Positions 35,790 to 46,237 of a DNA stretch of 64,000 bases are shown one piece after another. Positions within the stretch are counted from its first letter, which is position 1. Each line of letters begins with the position of its first letter. This stretch comes from Patescibacteria group bacterium (GTDB taxonomy: Bacteria; Patescibacteriota; Saccharimonadia; CAILAD01; BJGX01): the NCBI GenBank assembly GCA_030917065.1, contig JAUPVL010000018.1, positions 2,568-66,567 on the forward strand. Direction: 5' to 3'. Both the position numbers and the translations under genes were made by a program. The notes beneath the pieces are model-generated. The model was not told the DNA's origin. It did not search any database and saw only the letters and a program-made list of their open reading frames with translations.

Positions 35790-36386
35790 TTACTTCTGGG
35801 TGTTTTGAGTTTGCTGAGGATTAGCAGGTGCTGTATTGCCAGATGCGTTATTGATATCTAGCGAATTGATTTTTTCGGCATTTTCTTGGTTGGTATGCTC
35901 GGTAGCATCATTTACCTGAGGCGGTGCTGCAGCTGTGGCTGGTGGTGCTTGGCTTGCGGCATTAGCTTCAACATTGACTTTTGTATTTGTAGGTTGAGTC
36001 TGAGGATTTGATATTGATGGCGTAGAGAGTACGTCGGCAACTGCGTTTACAACGTCTTCTAAGATTACTTGTGATTTGACTAAATATCGATCAACACCGA
36101 GTTTTTCTCCTCTTTCACGGTCTGTCTCCTCCGAAAGCGCTGTCAGCATAATAACCCTAGTGTTTGCAATTTCTGGCGTAGTTCTAATAATGTCTAGTAC
36201 ATCAAAGCCAGATATTTTTGGCATCATTATATCTAGTAATATCATGTCAGGACGTTCTGCTACAGCCGTAGCCAGCGCTTCTTCACCGTTTGATGCCAAA
36301 ACTACTTGATATCCTTCGGCTTGTAAGCGAGTAGCATAGACATCCCTAAGTGCTAGCTCGTCCTCAACTATTAAAATCTTTGGCAT
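35790..36386 (-). CDS. single-domain response regulator with a Q/N/A/P-rich C-terminal tail
   Basis: Receiver domain (ILIVEDE…, MILLDIMMP, LGVDRYLVKS). Paralogous to the 9665-10042 receiver. About 70-aa low-complexity tail. Confidence 0.8.
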   Translation of the reverse strand: MPKILIVEDELALRDVYATRLQAEGYQVVLASNGEEALATAVAERPDMILLDIMMPKISGFDVLDIIRTTPEIANTRVIMLTALSEETDRERGEKLGVDRYLVKSQVILEDVVNAVADVLSTPSISNPQTQPTNTKVNVEANAASQAPPATAAAPPQVNDATEHTNQENAEKINSLDINNASGNTAPANPQQTQNTQK

Positions 36387-36451
36387 TTGTTTTCCCTCTT
36401 TAACTTAAGCATAATTATAACACTAAACTACAAATCGCAACAATTTTTATG

Positions 36452-37186
36452 TCAAAACATATCTGTGTATCCAGGGAACCAGTCTTGATGTATTCGAGTA
36501 TCATCTATCTTTAGAGAAGTTAGCTTCTCTTTCATCGCATCTACCATGGGTTCGGGTCCAGATATATAGAAATGTCTTTTATCTATATCTACAAGATGTT
36601 TTTTGATAATGTTCTCATCGATATAGCCGGTCTCTCCCATCCAGTCCTTAGGTATTTCCTCGGACAACACTTCCACATATTTAAATGCGTCATTCTTACT
36701 CTTATACTCCTCGATAAGCTCTCTACATACATTATCCTCAAGCGTTCTGTTGCCATGAAACATCACGATGTCGTAGTCAAACAATTTTTTATCTACCATG
36801 TATTTGATCTGTGATCTAAATGGAGTTATACCTATTCCTCCAGCTATCCACGTGAGTTTGATATTACTCTTCGGCAAGGTGAAAGATCCATCAGGCCCTT
36901 TTATGGCAAGCGTATCGCCCTGTTTGAGCTTAAATAGTACGTCCTTGAAACTGGAGTGTTTGGGTAATCTACGGGTTGTGATATCAAGAGTCTCTTCTGT
37001 TGGTGAGCTAGATAGCGTGAACCATCTTTTTTGTCCTCTTTCATCGGGATGTTTTTGCATCAGATTTGCTTCTATAAACTGACCGGGTTTGTAAACAAAG
37101 CCCTTGGGTTTAATAAAATGTAGATCCCAGGCATCTTTTGAGACTTTTGTTTTTTTAATATATTTAATCTTATATTCCATAGTCAT
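36452..37186 (-). CDS. FAD/NAD(P)-binding oxidoreductase (ferredoxin-NADP reductase family fold)
   Basis: RRLP…GQFIEA FAD-binding beta-barrel region, NAD motif WIAGGIGITPFRS, C-terminal YISGPEPMV. Confidence 0.6.
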   Translation of the reverse strand: MTMEYKIKYIKKTKVSKDAWDLHFIKPKGFVYKPGQFIEANLMQKHPDERGQKRWFTLSSSPTEETLDITTRRLPKHSSFKDVLFKLKQGDTLAIKGPDGSFTLPKSNIKLTWIAGGIGITPFRSQIKYMVDKKLFDYDIVMFHGNRTLEDNVCRELIEEYKSKNDAFKYVEVLSEEIPKDWMGETGYIDENIIKKHLVDIDKRHFYISGPEPMVDAMKEKLTSLKIDDTRIHQDWFPGYTDMF

Positions 37187-37203
37187 GTATAATCATACCA
37201 AGT

Positions 37204-38217
37204 ATGGATACTAAAATACACAAATCTAAGATACCAATCACGGTTATTACTGGATTTCTTGGTTCGGGCAAAACTACTCTACTCAACCACATCTTAAATA
37301 CTAATAAGAAATTAAATATTGGGGTGGTGGTAAATGATTTTGGTGATATCAATATCGACTCCAAGCTAGTAAAGAGCAAGACCGATAAAAAGCTAGAACT
37401 TACCAACGGATGTATATGTTGTAATCTAAAAACACTTGATTTACAAGAAGCTATAGATCAATTTACTACTCCAGGATCTAATATTGACTACATTATCATT
37501 GAAGCAAGCGGCCTCGCCGAGCCGAGAGATCTAGCCCTTACCCTAAGAGATACTATTGGGGTCGATATAAAGCTAGATAGTATTATTACGATAATAGATG
37601 CAAAAAATATCATACAAAATGCTAAGTCCAACAATACAGCTGCTGATCAAATACTTTTTTCCGACTTTATTATCATCAACAAAATAGATCTCGTGCCCAA
37701 ATCCAAGCAAGAAGATATTGAAAAACTAGTAATATCGATCAACCCGAAGGCTAGAATATTTACTACCACCAACTGCGACATTGATATTAGATATATTCTT
37801 GAAAAAGATATTGGAGACATTAAGATATCAAAATCCAATAAACAAACCGACCATAGTGGACATATTCATGAACAATACTCACATTTTACCTGGGAAAGCG
37901 AACAGCCCCTGGACCCTATGAGATTTCAGGAATTTGTAAACACCAAGCTACCAAAGAATGTATATCGAGCAAAGGGCTTTGTAGATTTGGGGGTCAAAGG
38001 ACATTTACGTAAATATATATTTCAGCTAGTTGGCTCAAGGGCTGATATTACTTGGGACAACTGGATCAACCAAACCCCCAAAACCCAACTGGTCTTTATA
38101 GGTAAAAAGATAGACAAAAAACAACTAACTAAGGATCTCGTGGGTTGTATCGATCCAAATCCTAACAAAGAGCTAGAGTCTGGTATCGAGCTAAAACTTC
38201 CAAAGAAGTATCAATAA
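37204..38217 (+). CDS. COG0523 (CobW/ZigA-like) G3E-family GTPase metallochaperone
   Basis: P-loop GFLGSGKTTLLN and metal-binding GCICCNL motif. Divergent from the FNR-like gene with 17 bp between start codons. Confidence 0.8.
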   Translation: MDTKIHKSKIPITVITGFLGSGKTTLLNHILNTNKKLNIGVVVNDFGDINIDSKLVKSKTDKKLELTNGCICCNLKTLDLQEAIDQFTTPGSNIDYIIIEASGLAEPRDLALTLRDTIGVDIKLDSIITIIDAKNIIQNAKSNNTAADQILFSDFIIINKIDLVPKSKQEDIEKLVISINPKARIFTTTNCDIDIRYILEKDIGDIKISKSNKQTDHSGHIHEQYSHFTWESEQPLDPMRFQEFVNTKLPKNVYRAKGFVDLGVKGHLRKYIFQLVGSRADITWDNWINQTPKTQLVFIGKKIDKKQLTKDLVGCIDPNPNKELESGIELKLPKKYQ

Positions 38218-38225
38218 CCTCTCAT

Positions 38226-38909
38226 CTATCTATTTCTACTAAATATGAGTGTTGTGGAGAGAAATACTCCCGCGGCAATTATAAATCCCGCTAGAACAAT
38301 CCAGGAATTATTCAGGCCCTGCAAGAACAGCGTATTGTAGCTATCTGCCATAGATGCAAAAACGTACAAAATAGAAATAGACAACAATCTAACTCTAGAT
38401 CTTAACTCTGTTTGCTGAAAAGCGTTAATACCAATAATCACTCCAGCAACAAAAACAATCATAAGTGAAATCATGTGGATATATTTAGCAAAATCCGAAA
38501 ATTTGTATACTGCTAGGCCATCTATGATGCCCACTGGGTTAGTTTGAAAGTATAAGGCTTGATCAACAAACCCGACTATACCTATTAATGCTATCGGGAC
38601 TACAAGATAGCTTAATGGGAATCTTCTGAGGCCAGTTAAGTACCATATTAGATATATCTGCCAATAGCCTACTATGTCCAAGCACAACCTTCCCATAGTT
38701 ACGCTTATCCTCAAGACATCCGGATTGCTCGTCAAATAGAATGGTATGGAGTATAGCCCGAGTCCGGCAGCAGCCAGAAACCCTGAAAAAGCAAAGTGCC
38801 TACTCAATGGTGTTTTGAGCCTTCGATAATTTTGTAGAGATTTTATACCAATTACTAGCGTTGCTATAGAGCCAAGTAGGTATGGAATCGTGTTTGAGGG
38901 CAGATTCAT
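38226..38909 (-). CDS. polytopic membrane protein, paralog B (about 7 TM)
   Basis: Clear paralog of the next ORF (SNTIPYLLGSIATLVIG…NYRRLKTPLS versus TSTIPWLIGSFAFLLFG…NYRKLHSPLS). Confidence 0.5.
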   Translation of the reverse strand: MNLPSNTIPYLLGSIATLVIGIKSLQNYRRLKTPLSRHFAFSGFLAAAGLGLYSIPFYLTSNPDVLRISVTMGRLCLDIVGYWQIYLIWYLTGLRRFPLSYLVVPIALIGIVGFVDQALYFQTNPVGIIDGLAVYKFSDFAKYIHMISLMIVFVAGVIIGINAFQQTELRSRVRLLSISILYVFASMADSYNTLFLQGLNNSWIVLAGFIIAAGVFLSTTLIFSRNR

Positions 38910-38911
38910 AT

Positions 38912-39625
38912 TTATCTCTTTTTCTGAGGGCTTAAGACCCTTGCAGTAATCAGCACAAATATAAACAGTGTAAATCCTATTATATAGCTAACAATGATAG
39001 CAGGAGAATTGTTTGATTCACCTGATAATATAACATTCAGACTACCTCCCAGTCCGGACAGTATATATAGTATACCGATACCTAGTAGTCCCAGTCTCGC
39101 TCGATAGTCTGACTGTTGCTTGATGCGTAATAGCATAAATATACCCACCATAAATACCACCATGAGAAAGAGCGCTTGAATAATATTTGCAATCAATGGA
39201 AGTTGATACTCAAACGATCCGTTCACCACACTCACCCCATTGACTATATATCCATAACAGTGAGACAACCAGCCAATAGTAGCAATTAAAATAACTGGGA
39301 CCAATAAGACATTAAGCGGTATTTTATTTTTAAACACGAGATAATGCAGAATTACTACTTGGTATACAAACATAACGTACAAGAAAAAATCACCAATAAT
39401 ATTCACCACCAACAATACATCTTGGTTGGTAGTGAATATCAAAGGCACAGAGTAAAAAAAGAATGCCAATGACGCACTAAATCCGCTTATAGAGAAAAAT
39501 AGTGATAGCGGACTATGGAGTTTTCTATAGTTCGATGCGCCCCTTAGTCCGAACAGTAAAAACGCAAAAGAACCTATTAACCATGGTATTGTGCTAGTCG
39601 GTACGTTAATCATAGATAATTGCAA
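38912..39625 (-). CDS. polytopic membrane protein, paralog A (about 7 TM)
   Basis: Tandem duplicate of 38226-38909 with a 2-bp gap. Divergent to the histidine kinase. Confidence 0.5.
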   Translation of the reverse strand: MQLSMINVPTSTIPWLIGSFAFLLFGLRGASNYRKLHSPLSLFFSISGFSASLAFFFYSVPLIFTTNQDVLLVVNIIGDFFLYVMFVYQVVILHYLVFKNKIPLNVLLVPVILIATIGWLSHCYGYIVNGVSVVNGSFEYQLPLIANIIQALFLMVVFMVGIFMLLRIKQQSDYRARLGLLGIGILYILSGLGGSLNVILSGESNNSPAIIVSYIIGFTLFIFVLITARVLSPQKKR

Positions 39626-39724
39626 TTATAGCATAAGTTTGTCGGTAATATTTCTCGGATAAATCAAGCATAACAATAAAAATTGTTTTATAATAGTGCT
39701 AATGGTTAATCAGATACTATAGAC

Positions 39725-41395
39725 ATGCAAGAGTTTTCTACATTTAAATCACGTTGGCGCGAATACAGTCCAATGTTCATATCCCAAACTGCACTGATAG
39801 TGCTATTATTATTTGATTACACTTTTACGGACAATATAAGTCATCAATTAGGTAGCTTGTTTTACCTGTTGATATTCACAACTTTTCTTCTAATAACACT
39901 TCCGCTTTTTAAATTTTACATATATTTCACTCAAAGATATTTCTTACTAGCTCTACACTATGTGTCATTTGGTTTGTTTATTACATTCTTTGCGCCTATA
40001 GACGATGCATACTACTTCATATTTCTTTTTTATCTAACAGTTGGTATGTATTGGTATCGATGGAGGGGTTACTTCGCGTGTATGGCCGTTACTATTTTTA
40101 TTACTGTGTTGGCTACATATATACAATACCCTGGCCTAGACAGTACGATTTCGTATCATGTCATGGGTTACTTTGCTATTTTTGTTGTGAGTAGTTTGTT
40201 TATCGCCCTATTGATGCTCAGAAGGCCGATGGAGGCAGACGCAGTATTTTTGCACAACTCAGTAGCTTTTGAAAGAAATAGATTGGTGTCACTTATAAAT
40301 AGTATAGGAGATGCGGTAATAGCCACTGATGAAAACGGAGTGATCACCCTATACAACGGCGCTGCGCTAGAATTACTGGACACCAATGAGCTCATAGAAG
40401 AAAAGCCTATCAATAAAGTCCTAAAGCTCCTAGACGATTCAAACGCTCCAGTGGATGTTATCAGACAAGCTGATAAGTCCAATAAGTTGGTTAGTAGAAA
40501 TGATCTTCATTTTGTGACCAATGAAAAGCTCAATATAGATCTTTCTGTGAGCGTCTCGCCTATTCGATCTAGCGAAGGAGCTCTTGAGGAAGAGGGTTTT
40601 ATTGTTGTAGCTAGAGATATCACTAAAGAAAAAGGTCTTGATGAAGAGCGTAAGGAGTTTATTTCCGTAACATCACATGAACTTAGGACGCCTATAGCTG
40701 TTACAGAAGCAAACATTTCGTCTGCTCTTCGCGCTGAGGATACTAAAAACTTACAGCCGACTACATTGAACTTTTTGGAACAAGCACACCACAACATTAT
40801 CTTTTTAGGAGATTTGGTTAATGACCTGACTACTCTGGACAAGGCAGAGAGAGGTAGTTTGGATATCAATATCAAGCTATTAGACCCGTGTAAGCTAGTC
40901 GAGAGATTGTCTGAAGACAATCAAGAAACCGTTAAGAAGGCTGGACTAGCTCTGCAATACTCTACGCCAGATAAAATAAATTCCCTGCTTTCAAGTGAAC
41001 TATATATACGTGAGATATTACAAAATTTCATCTCCAATGCACTGAAATACACCAAACAAGGCTTGATAATGATTCGCGTCAAACAAGGGTCAAATGGTAG
41101 TGTCGTGTTTAGTGTTTCTGATACTGGTATCGGTATATCTAGCACAGACCAAAAGAAAGTATTTGATAAGTTCTTTAGAAGTGAAGATTATCGGACAAGA
41201 CAAACGAGAGGTACGGGACTTGGCCTCTACATTACTACAAAACTAGCAAAGAGAATCAGAGCAAAAATATGGTTCGAAAGTCAACTCAACAAGGGCTCAA
41301 CATTCTATCTAGAGGTGCCGCCTATAGGGGCACTAAGCTCAGATCAAAAACAAATTGCTCGGGAAGAAATAAAAGATTTTGCCAGCTCTGTTTAA
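39725..41395 (+). CDS. sensor histidine kinase (multi-TM N-domain, PAS, HisKA, HATPase_c)
   Basis: About 5 TM helices, then a PAS-like region (LVSLINSIGDAVIATDENGVITLYNGAALELL), H-box VTSHELRTPIA, and G-boxes DTGIGIS…GTGLGLYI. Confidence 0.85.
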   Translation: MQEFSTFKSRWREYSPMFISQTALIVLLLFDYTFTDNISHQLGSLFYLLIFTTFLLITLPLFKFYIYFTQRYFLLALHYVSFGLFITFFAPIDDAYYFIFLFYLTVGMYWYRWRGYFACMAVTIFITVLATYIQYPGLDSTISYHVMGYFAIFVVSSLFIALLMLRRPMEADAVFLHNSVAFERNRLVSLINSIGDAVIATDENGVITLYNGAALELLDTNELIEEKPINKVLKLLDDSNAPVDVIRQADKSNKLVSRNDLHFVTNEKLNIDLSVSVSPIRSSEGALEEEGFIVVARDITKEKGLDEERKEFISVTSHELRTPIAVTEANISSALRAEDTKNLQPTTLNFLEQAHHNIIFLGDLVNDLTTLDKAERGSLDINIKLLDPCKLVERLSEDNQETVKKAGLALQYSTPDKINSLLSSELYIREILQNFISNALKYTKQGLIMIRVKQGSNGSVVFSVSDTGIGISSTDQKKVFDKFFRSEDYRTRQTRGTGLGLYITTKLAKRIRAKIWFESQLNKGSTFYLEVPPIGALSSDQKQIAREEIKDFASSV

Positions 41396-41592
41396 TGTTG
41401 TCGAGTTTACTGTCCTATGACACAAAGAAATAAAATCGATATAGACAAGATAATATATTATAAGCTATGATTAGTCTTAAGCATTGGGGTTTTATTATTG
41501 TATCGAAAGGTCTATCTAGGATCGAGTATTGTTAGATACAAAACACAGAGGGGGTTTTTGTTTTGTATAATAAATTATTATATTTGTTGTAG

Positions 41593-41656
41593 TTGACGTA
41601 ATACATAATCACATATATAGTGTAATATAGCGTAACATAAGCACTATATATAGCGC
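41593..41656 (+). promoter_or_regulatory. nrdAB promoter with two NrdR-box-like 16-bp palindromes
   Basis: -35 ttgacg (41593-98), 17 bp, tatagt (41616-21). Palindromes tcacatatatagtgta (41609-24) and gcactatatatagcgc (41641-56) are centred 32 bp apart. The first overlaps the -10. Confidence 0.45.
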
Positions 41657-41689
41657 TTAAAAACAACAATAAAAGGAGGGTTAGTTTAA

Positions 41690-44425
41690 ATGGCATTTAC
41701 AAATATCAAGAAACGCAATGGTCAAATCGTAGAGTTTGAACCTAAAAGGATTGAGATAGCAATTCAGAAAGCTTCAGATTCGGCTGATAACGAAATACCT
41801 CATCAGACTGTTGTAGAGTTGGTAGAAAATGTCATATCTCACCTAGAATCTCTCAATGGAGACAATTTGCCTGACGTAGAATCTATCCAGGACCTGGTCG
41901 AGCAGGAGTTGATGCGCGCAGATTATTATAAGACCGCAAGAAGCTACATTCTATATCGTGAGCGTCATAAAGAACTACGAGAATTTGAATCAAACAGAGA
42001 TGCTGAAAAACTTGAGCATAATGAACTAAAGGTAACTCTACCCGATGGCAGCATTGATTACTTTAGCTATACTCGGCTTATTAAAGATCTCGTAACTGCA
42101 GCCGAAGGTATTGAATCATCTATCGATATCGACGAGCTCGCCCAGATTGCCAAAAGCAACTTGTACGACGGCATCACTCTAGAGGAATTACAGGAAGCCC
42201 TAGTGCTTGCTGCAAAAAGCTGCATAGAAAAAGATCACGCCTACTCTACTCTAGCAGCTCGTTTGCTACTCAAAAAGATTTACCGAGAAGTAATAGGTAC
42301 CGATAAGCAAGACAAATTGACTGAAGCCTACAAGGAAACATTTAGGTCATTTATCAAATCAGCCGTGAAGACCAAGCGCCTAGATAGCCGACTTCTGGAA
42401 TTTGATCTAGATAAACTTGCTGATCATATCGATCCCGCCAGAGACGGACTGTTTGATTATATGGGTCTTGACATGCTTCATGATAGGTACTTCATTCAAA
42501 ACGAAGGTCGCGGTGTAAGACTAGAAACCCCTCAAATACTATGGATGAGAATAGCCATGGGACTAGCAGTGCAGGAGAAAAAAACTGAACGTGAAAAATG
42601 GGCAAAAAAATTCTACGATACTCTTTCAACCCTCCGCTACGTTCCATCTACACCCACATTGTTTCACTCCGGTACAACATTCGCTCAGCTAAGCTCTTGT
42701 TTTCTAAATACAGTTGAAGACGACCTGAAGCACATATTTAAGGTATATCTAGACACTGCTCTAATGAGTAAGTTTTCGGGTGGTATAGCTACAGACTGGA
42801 CCAATATTCGCTCTACAGGCTCGATGATCAAGGCAGTCAATATACCTTCACAAGGGGTCATACCCTTTCTAAAGATAGCCAACGACTGCACTGTTGCAAT
42901 CAGCAGATCCGGCAAGCGCAAAGGTGCTACGTGTGTGTATCTTGAGACTTGGCACATGGATATTGAAGATTTCTTAGAACTGCGGAAAAACACGGGTGAT
43001 GAGAGACGTAGAACTCATGATATGAATACCGCAAACTGGATACCCGATCTTTTTATGAAGCGCGTGTTAAATGATGAACAGTGGACTCTTTTTTCGCCCA
43101 ATGAAGTTCCTGAGCTTCACCATACATACGGTCAAGAATTTGAGAAGAAATACGTGGAATATGAAAAAATGGCAGACGAAGGCAAGCTAGAGCAATTCAA
43201 AAGGATTCCGGCATTACAGCTCTGGAGAAAAATGCTCACTATGCTATTTGAGACTGGTCATCCATGGATCAACTTCAAAGACGCTTGCAATGTTCGTTCT
43301 CCCCAGGATCATGCCGGAGTTATACACAATTCAAACTTATGTACAGAGATCACACTCAACAACTCTGCCGAAGAAACCGCTGTTTGCAATCTAGGCTCAG
43401 TGAATCTAGCGCGTCATATCACTGGCAAGAAACTAGACCGCGATATGGTGGCCGATACCGTGACAATAGGCATGAGAATGCTAGACAACGTCATTGATAT
43501 CAATTACTACACCACAGATGAATGTAAGGTATCAAATATGCGACATAGGCCAGTTGGACTAGGTATCATGGGCTTTCAAGACGCATTGTACATGCTAGAT
43601 ATTGCCTTCAATTCTGAAAAAGCCGTGTCTTTTGGTGATGAAAGTATGGAACTAGTTAGTTACTATGCAATACTCGGTAGCAGTCAATTGGCCAAAGAAC
43701 GTGGCGCCTACAAGTCTTACAAGGGATCTAAGTGGGATCGTGGTATATTCCCAGTAGATACACTGGATCTACTTGAAAAAGAACGCGGCATTAAGATAGA
43801 TGTCAAACGTCGAGGTAAGCTAGATTGGAAACCTGTTCGTGCTCACGTCAAAAAACACGGTATGCGAAATAGCAATACTATGGCTATTGCTCCTACGGCA
43901 TCTATTTCGAATATATCAGGATGTTACCCATGTATCGAGCCTATCTACAAAAATCTTTATGTCAAGTCAAACATGAGTGGTGACTTCACTATTATTAATT
44001 CTTATATGATAGACGATCTAAAGAAAAACAACCTATGGAACGACGAAATAATGCAAAAAATAAAATTCCATGATGGCTCTGTTCAGAAGATTACTGAAAT
44101 ACCCGCAGAGTTAAGAGCAAAATATCAAGAAGTATTTGAGATAGATGCCGAATGGCTAGTCAAAATAGCAGCCCACCGCGGCAAGTGGATAGATCAAAGC
44201 CAGAGCCTAAATATATTTGTCCAAGGAGTATCAGGCAAAAAACTATCTGACATATATACCTACGCCTGGAAGATGGGCCTCAAGACCACCTACTATCTAA
44301 GATCACTTGCAGCCAGCCAAGTAGAAAAGTCTACCGTTGATACTGCCGAGTTTGGAAATACTCACAAGCGTGAATACGCCACAGTGTCTGAAATGGCGCC
44401 CAAGGCAGATGATGCCAAAGCTTAA
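41690..44425 (+). CDS. nrdA: ribonucleoside-diphosphate reductase alpha subunit with N-terminal ATP cone
   Basis: ATP-cone (KKRNGQIVEFEPKRIEIAI), catalytic core with the C-terminal Cys pair. Paired with nrdB. Confidence 0.9.
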   Translation: MAFTNIKKRNGQIVEFEPKRIEIAIQKASDSADNEIPHQTVVELVENVISHLESLNGDNLPDVESIQDLVEQELMRADYYKTARSYILYRERHKELREFESNRDAEKLEHNELKVTLPDGSIDYFSYTRLIKDLVTAAEGIESSIDIDELAQIAKSNLYDGITLEELQEALVLAAKSCIEKDHAYSTLAARLLLKKIYREVIGTDKQDKLTEAYKETFRSFIKSAVKTKRLDSRLLEFDLDKLADHIDPARDGLFDYMGLDMLHDRYFIQNEGRGVRLETPQILWMRIAMGLAVQEKKTEREKWAKKFYDTLSTLRYVPSTPTLFHSGTTFAQLSSCFLNTVEDDLKHIFKVYLDTALMSKFSGGIATDWTNIRSTGSMIKAVNIPSQGVIPFLKIANDCTVAISRSGKRKGATCVYLETWHMDIEDFLELRKNTGDERRRTHDMNTANWIPDLFMKRVLNDEQWTLFSPNEVPELHHTYGQEFEKKYVEYEKMADEGKLEQFKRIPALQLWRKMLTMLFETGHPWINFKDACNVRSPQDHAGVIHNSNLCTEITLNNSAEETAVCNLGSVNLARHITGKKLDRDMVADTVTIGMRMLDNVIDINYYTTDECKVSNMRHRPVGLGIMGFQDALYMLDIAFNSEKAVSFGDESMELVSYYAILGSSQLAKERGAYKSYKGSKWDRGIFPVDTLDLLEKERGIKIDVKRRGKLDWKPVRAHVKKHGMRNSNTMAIAPTASISNISGCYPCIEPIYKNLYVKSNMSGDFTIINSYMIDDLKKNNLWNDEIMQKIKFHDGSVQKITEIPAELRAKYQEVFEIDAEWLVKIAAHRGKWIDQSQSLNIFVQGVSGKKLSDIYTYAWKMGLKTTYYLRSLAASQVEKSTVDTAEFGNTHKREYATVSEMAPKADDAKA

Positions 44426-44450
44426 AATAAAATAAATTAGAGGAACAAGT

Positions 44451-45485
44451 ATGCCAATCAAGATGACAAAAATTAGACCAGACGTAAACAAACGAAGAAT
44501 AATCAATGGCGAAGATGTTGATGTGATACAGCTCCATCCCATGAAACATACCTTTGCTTGGGATGCCTATTTGGCAGGTAATGCCAATCACTGGCTACCT
44601 ACTGAAATCGCTATGCAAGACGACATAGAGCTCTGGAAGTCCCCTCGCCTGACTGACGATGAGAGGTTGGCATTTAAGACTGCTCTCGGATTCTTTACTA
44701 CTGCAGACTCTATTGCTGCCAACAATATCGTATTGGCATTTTACAAGCATATTACTAGCCCCGAATGTCGGATGTACCTATTACGCCAAGCTTTTGAAGA
44801 AGCTATACATACTCATTCTTACCAATACATCGTAGAGTCATTGGCTCTAGATGGTGGTGAGATATTTAATATGTACCGTGAAAATACCGCACACAATTCC
44901 AAGGCCAATTTTATATTAGGTTTCAACGAAGGTATATTTGATGACAATTTCAAGACAGGAACATTTGAAAACGATCAGAAATTTCTTGAGAATCTATGTG
45001 TTTTCTCTCTCATACTTGAAGGTATATTCTTCTATTCTAGCTTCGCCGTGATATTCGGTTTCCAAAGACAAAATAAATTGGTTGGTAGCGCTGAGCAGAT
45101 TCAATACATCATGCGTGACGAATCTCAACATCTGAACTTTGGCATCAATATGATAAATGCCATCAAGGAAGAACAGCCGGAGCTCTGGACGGAAAAGTTT
45201 CAAAAGCACATGGTAGATCTTGTAAAAGAAGCTGCAAAGCTAGAATACACTTACGCCAAAGAAGTATTTCCTAAGGGCATATTTGGCATGAACGCCGATA
45301 GTTTCAAGCAATATATCGAACATGTAGCCGATAGACGACTCTCTGCAGTTGGACTACCCAAGCAGTTCAATGTCAAGAATCCATTTCCATGGATGAGTGA
45401 AGCTGTGGATCTCACCAAAGAGAAAAACTTTTTTGAAACTCGCGTGACTGAATACCAGACCGGCGGGACTCTCGACTGGAACTAA
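44451..45485 (+). CDS. nrdB: ribonucleoside-diphosphate reductase beta subunit (class I R2)
   Basis: Ferritin-like di-iron motifs FEEAIHTHSYQY (E…H plus the radical Tyr position) and RDESQHLNF. Confidence 0.85.
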   Translation: MPIKMTKIRPDVNKRRIINGEDVDVIQLHPMKHTFAWDAYLAGNANHWLPTEIAMQDDIELWKSPRLTDDERLAFKTALGFFTTADSIAANNIVLAFYKHITSPECRMYLLRQAFEEAIHTHSYQYIVESLALDGGEIFNMYRENTAHNSKANFILGFNEGIFDDNFKTGTFENDQKFLENLCVFSLILEGIFFYSSFAVIFGFQRQNKLVGSAEQIQYIMRDESQHLNFGINMINAIKEEQPELWTEKFQKHMVDLVKEAAKLEYTYAKEVFPKGIFGMNADSFKQYIEHVADRRLSAVGLPKQFNVKNPFPWMSEAVDLTKEKNFFETRVTEYQTGGTLDWN

Positions 45486-46237
45486 CTCTGTTTAATTAGT
45501 TCGAATATCATAAAAAGAGGAATTTTATTATTTACCTTATAGGCCTTTGGATCGATTGATTCAAACTGTTTCGTGGGTTTTGGTTCTACAAAATCAGCTA
45601 TTACGAATTTAGACTTTATAATTTCTGGTATTATTTCTCCGAATGGCTTATGGTAATATTCAACTTCAAAATCACCAAACCATACGTCTGTCAGTTTAGT
45701 ATTGTTCAGATAGTCACCATAGATTATCGGCTCTTTATCCTTCAATTTGTCATATCCAAGTATTCTTTTGTTGTGCCCCTTTATCTTTGATTGATACGCT
45801 GACCACCTTACGGGGTGATGTGTTGAAAATAAAAATATTCCACCTGGACGCAGAATCCTATAGATTTCTTTAAACGTAGCTTCCCAGCTCTTCTTGTAGT
45901 GCATTACTAGGCTCGAGTATACAAAATCAACACTATTATTAATAAGCGGCTGATTCTCCATATCGCAAGCATAAAATTCATACTCTGGGAAAGATAGTTG
46001 GGCTGATTCTATAAGCTTAGAGCTAAGATCAGTACCCACAATGGACTTTGGATGAAATTCTCTTAAGAGCTCGATTTCTTCTCCGCTACCTACTCCCAAA
46101 CACAGCACATCTTTGCCACCTAAGTCGCTGATTTTATTTTTCATTGCTGGCTTTTCCAGGTAGATATGATTTATATTCTTTCCATTTCGCTTCATCTCTA
46201 TCCATCTTTCAGATTGCTCATCATACACACTCTTCAC
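45482..46237 (-). CDS. class I SAM-dependent methyltransferase
   Basis: Motif I VLCLGVGSGEE and post-I RPGGIFLFSTH. Confidence 0.7.
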   Translation of the reverse strand: MKSVYDEQSERWIEMKRNGKNINHIYLEKPAMKNKISDLGGKDVLCLGVGSGEEIELLREFHPKSIVGTDLSSKLIESAQLSFPEYEFYACDMENQPLINNSVDFVYSSLVMHYKKSWEATFKEIYRILRPGGIFLFSTHHPVRWSAYQSKIKGHNKRILGYDKLKDKEPIIYGDYLNNTKLTDVWFGDFEVEYYHKPFGEIIPEIIKSKFVIADFVEPKPTKQFESIDPKAYKVNNKIPLFMIFELIKQS

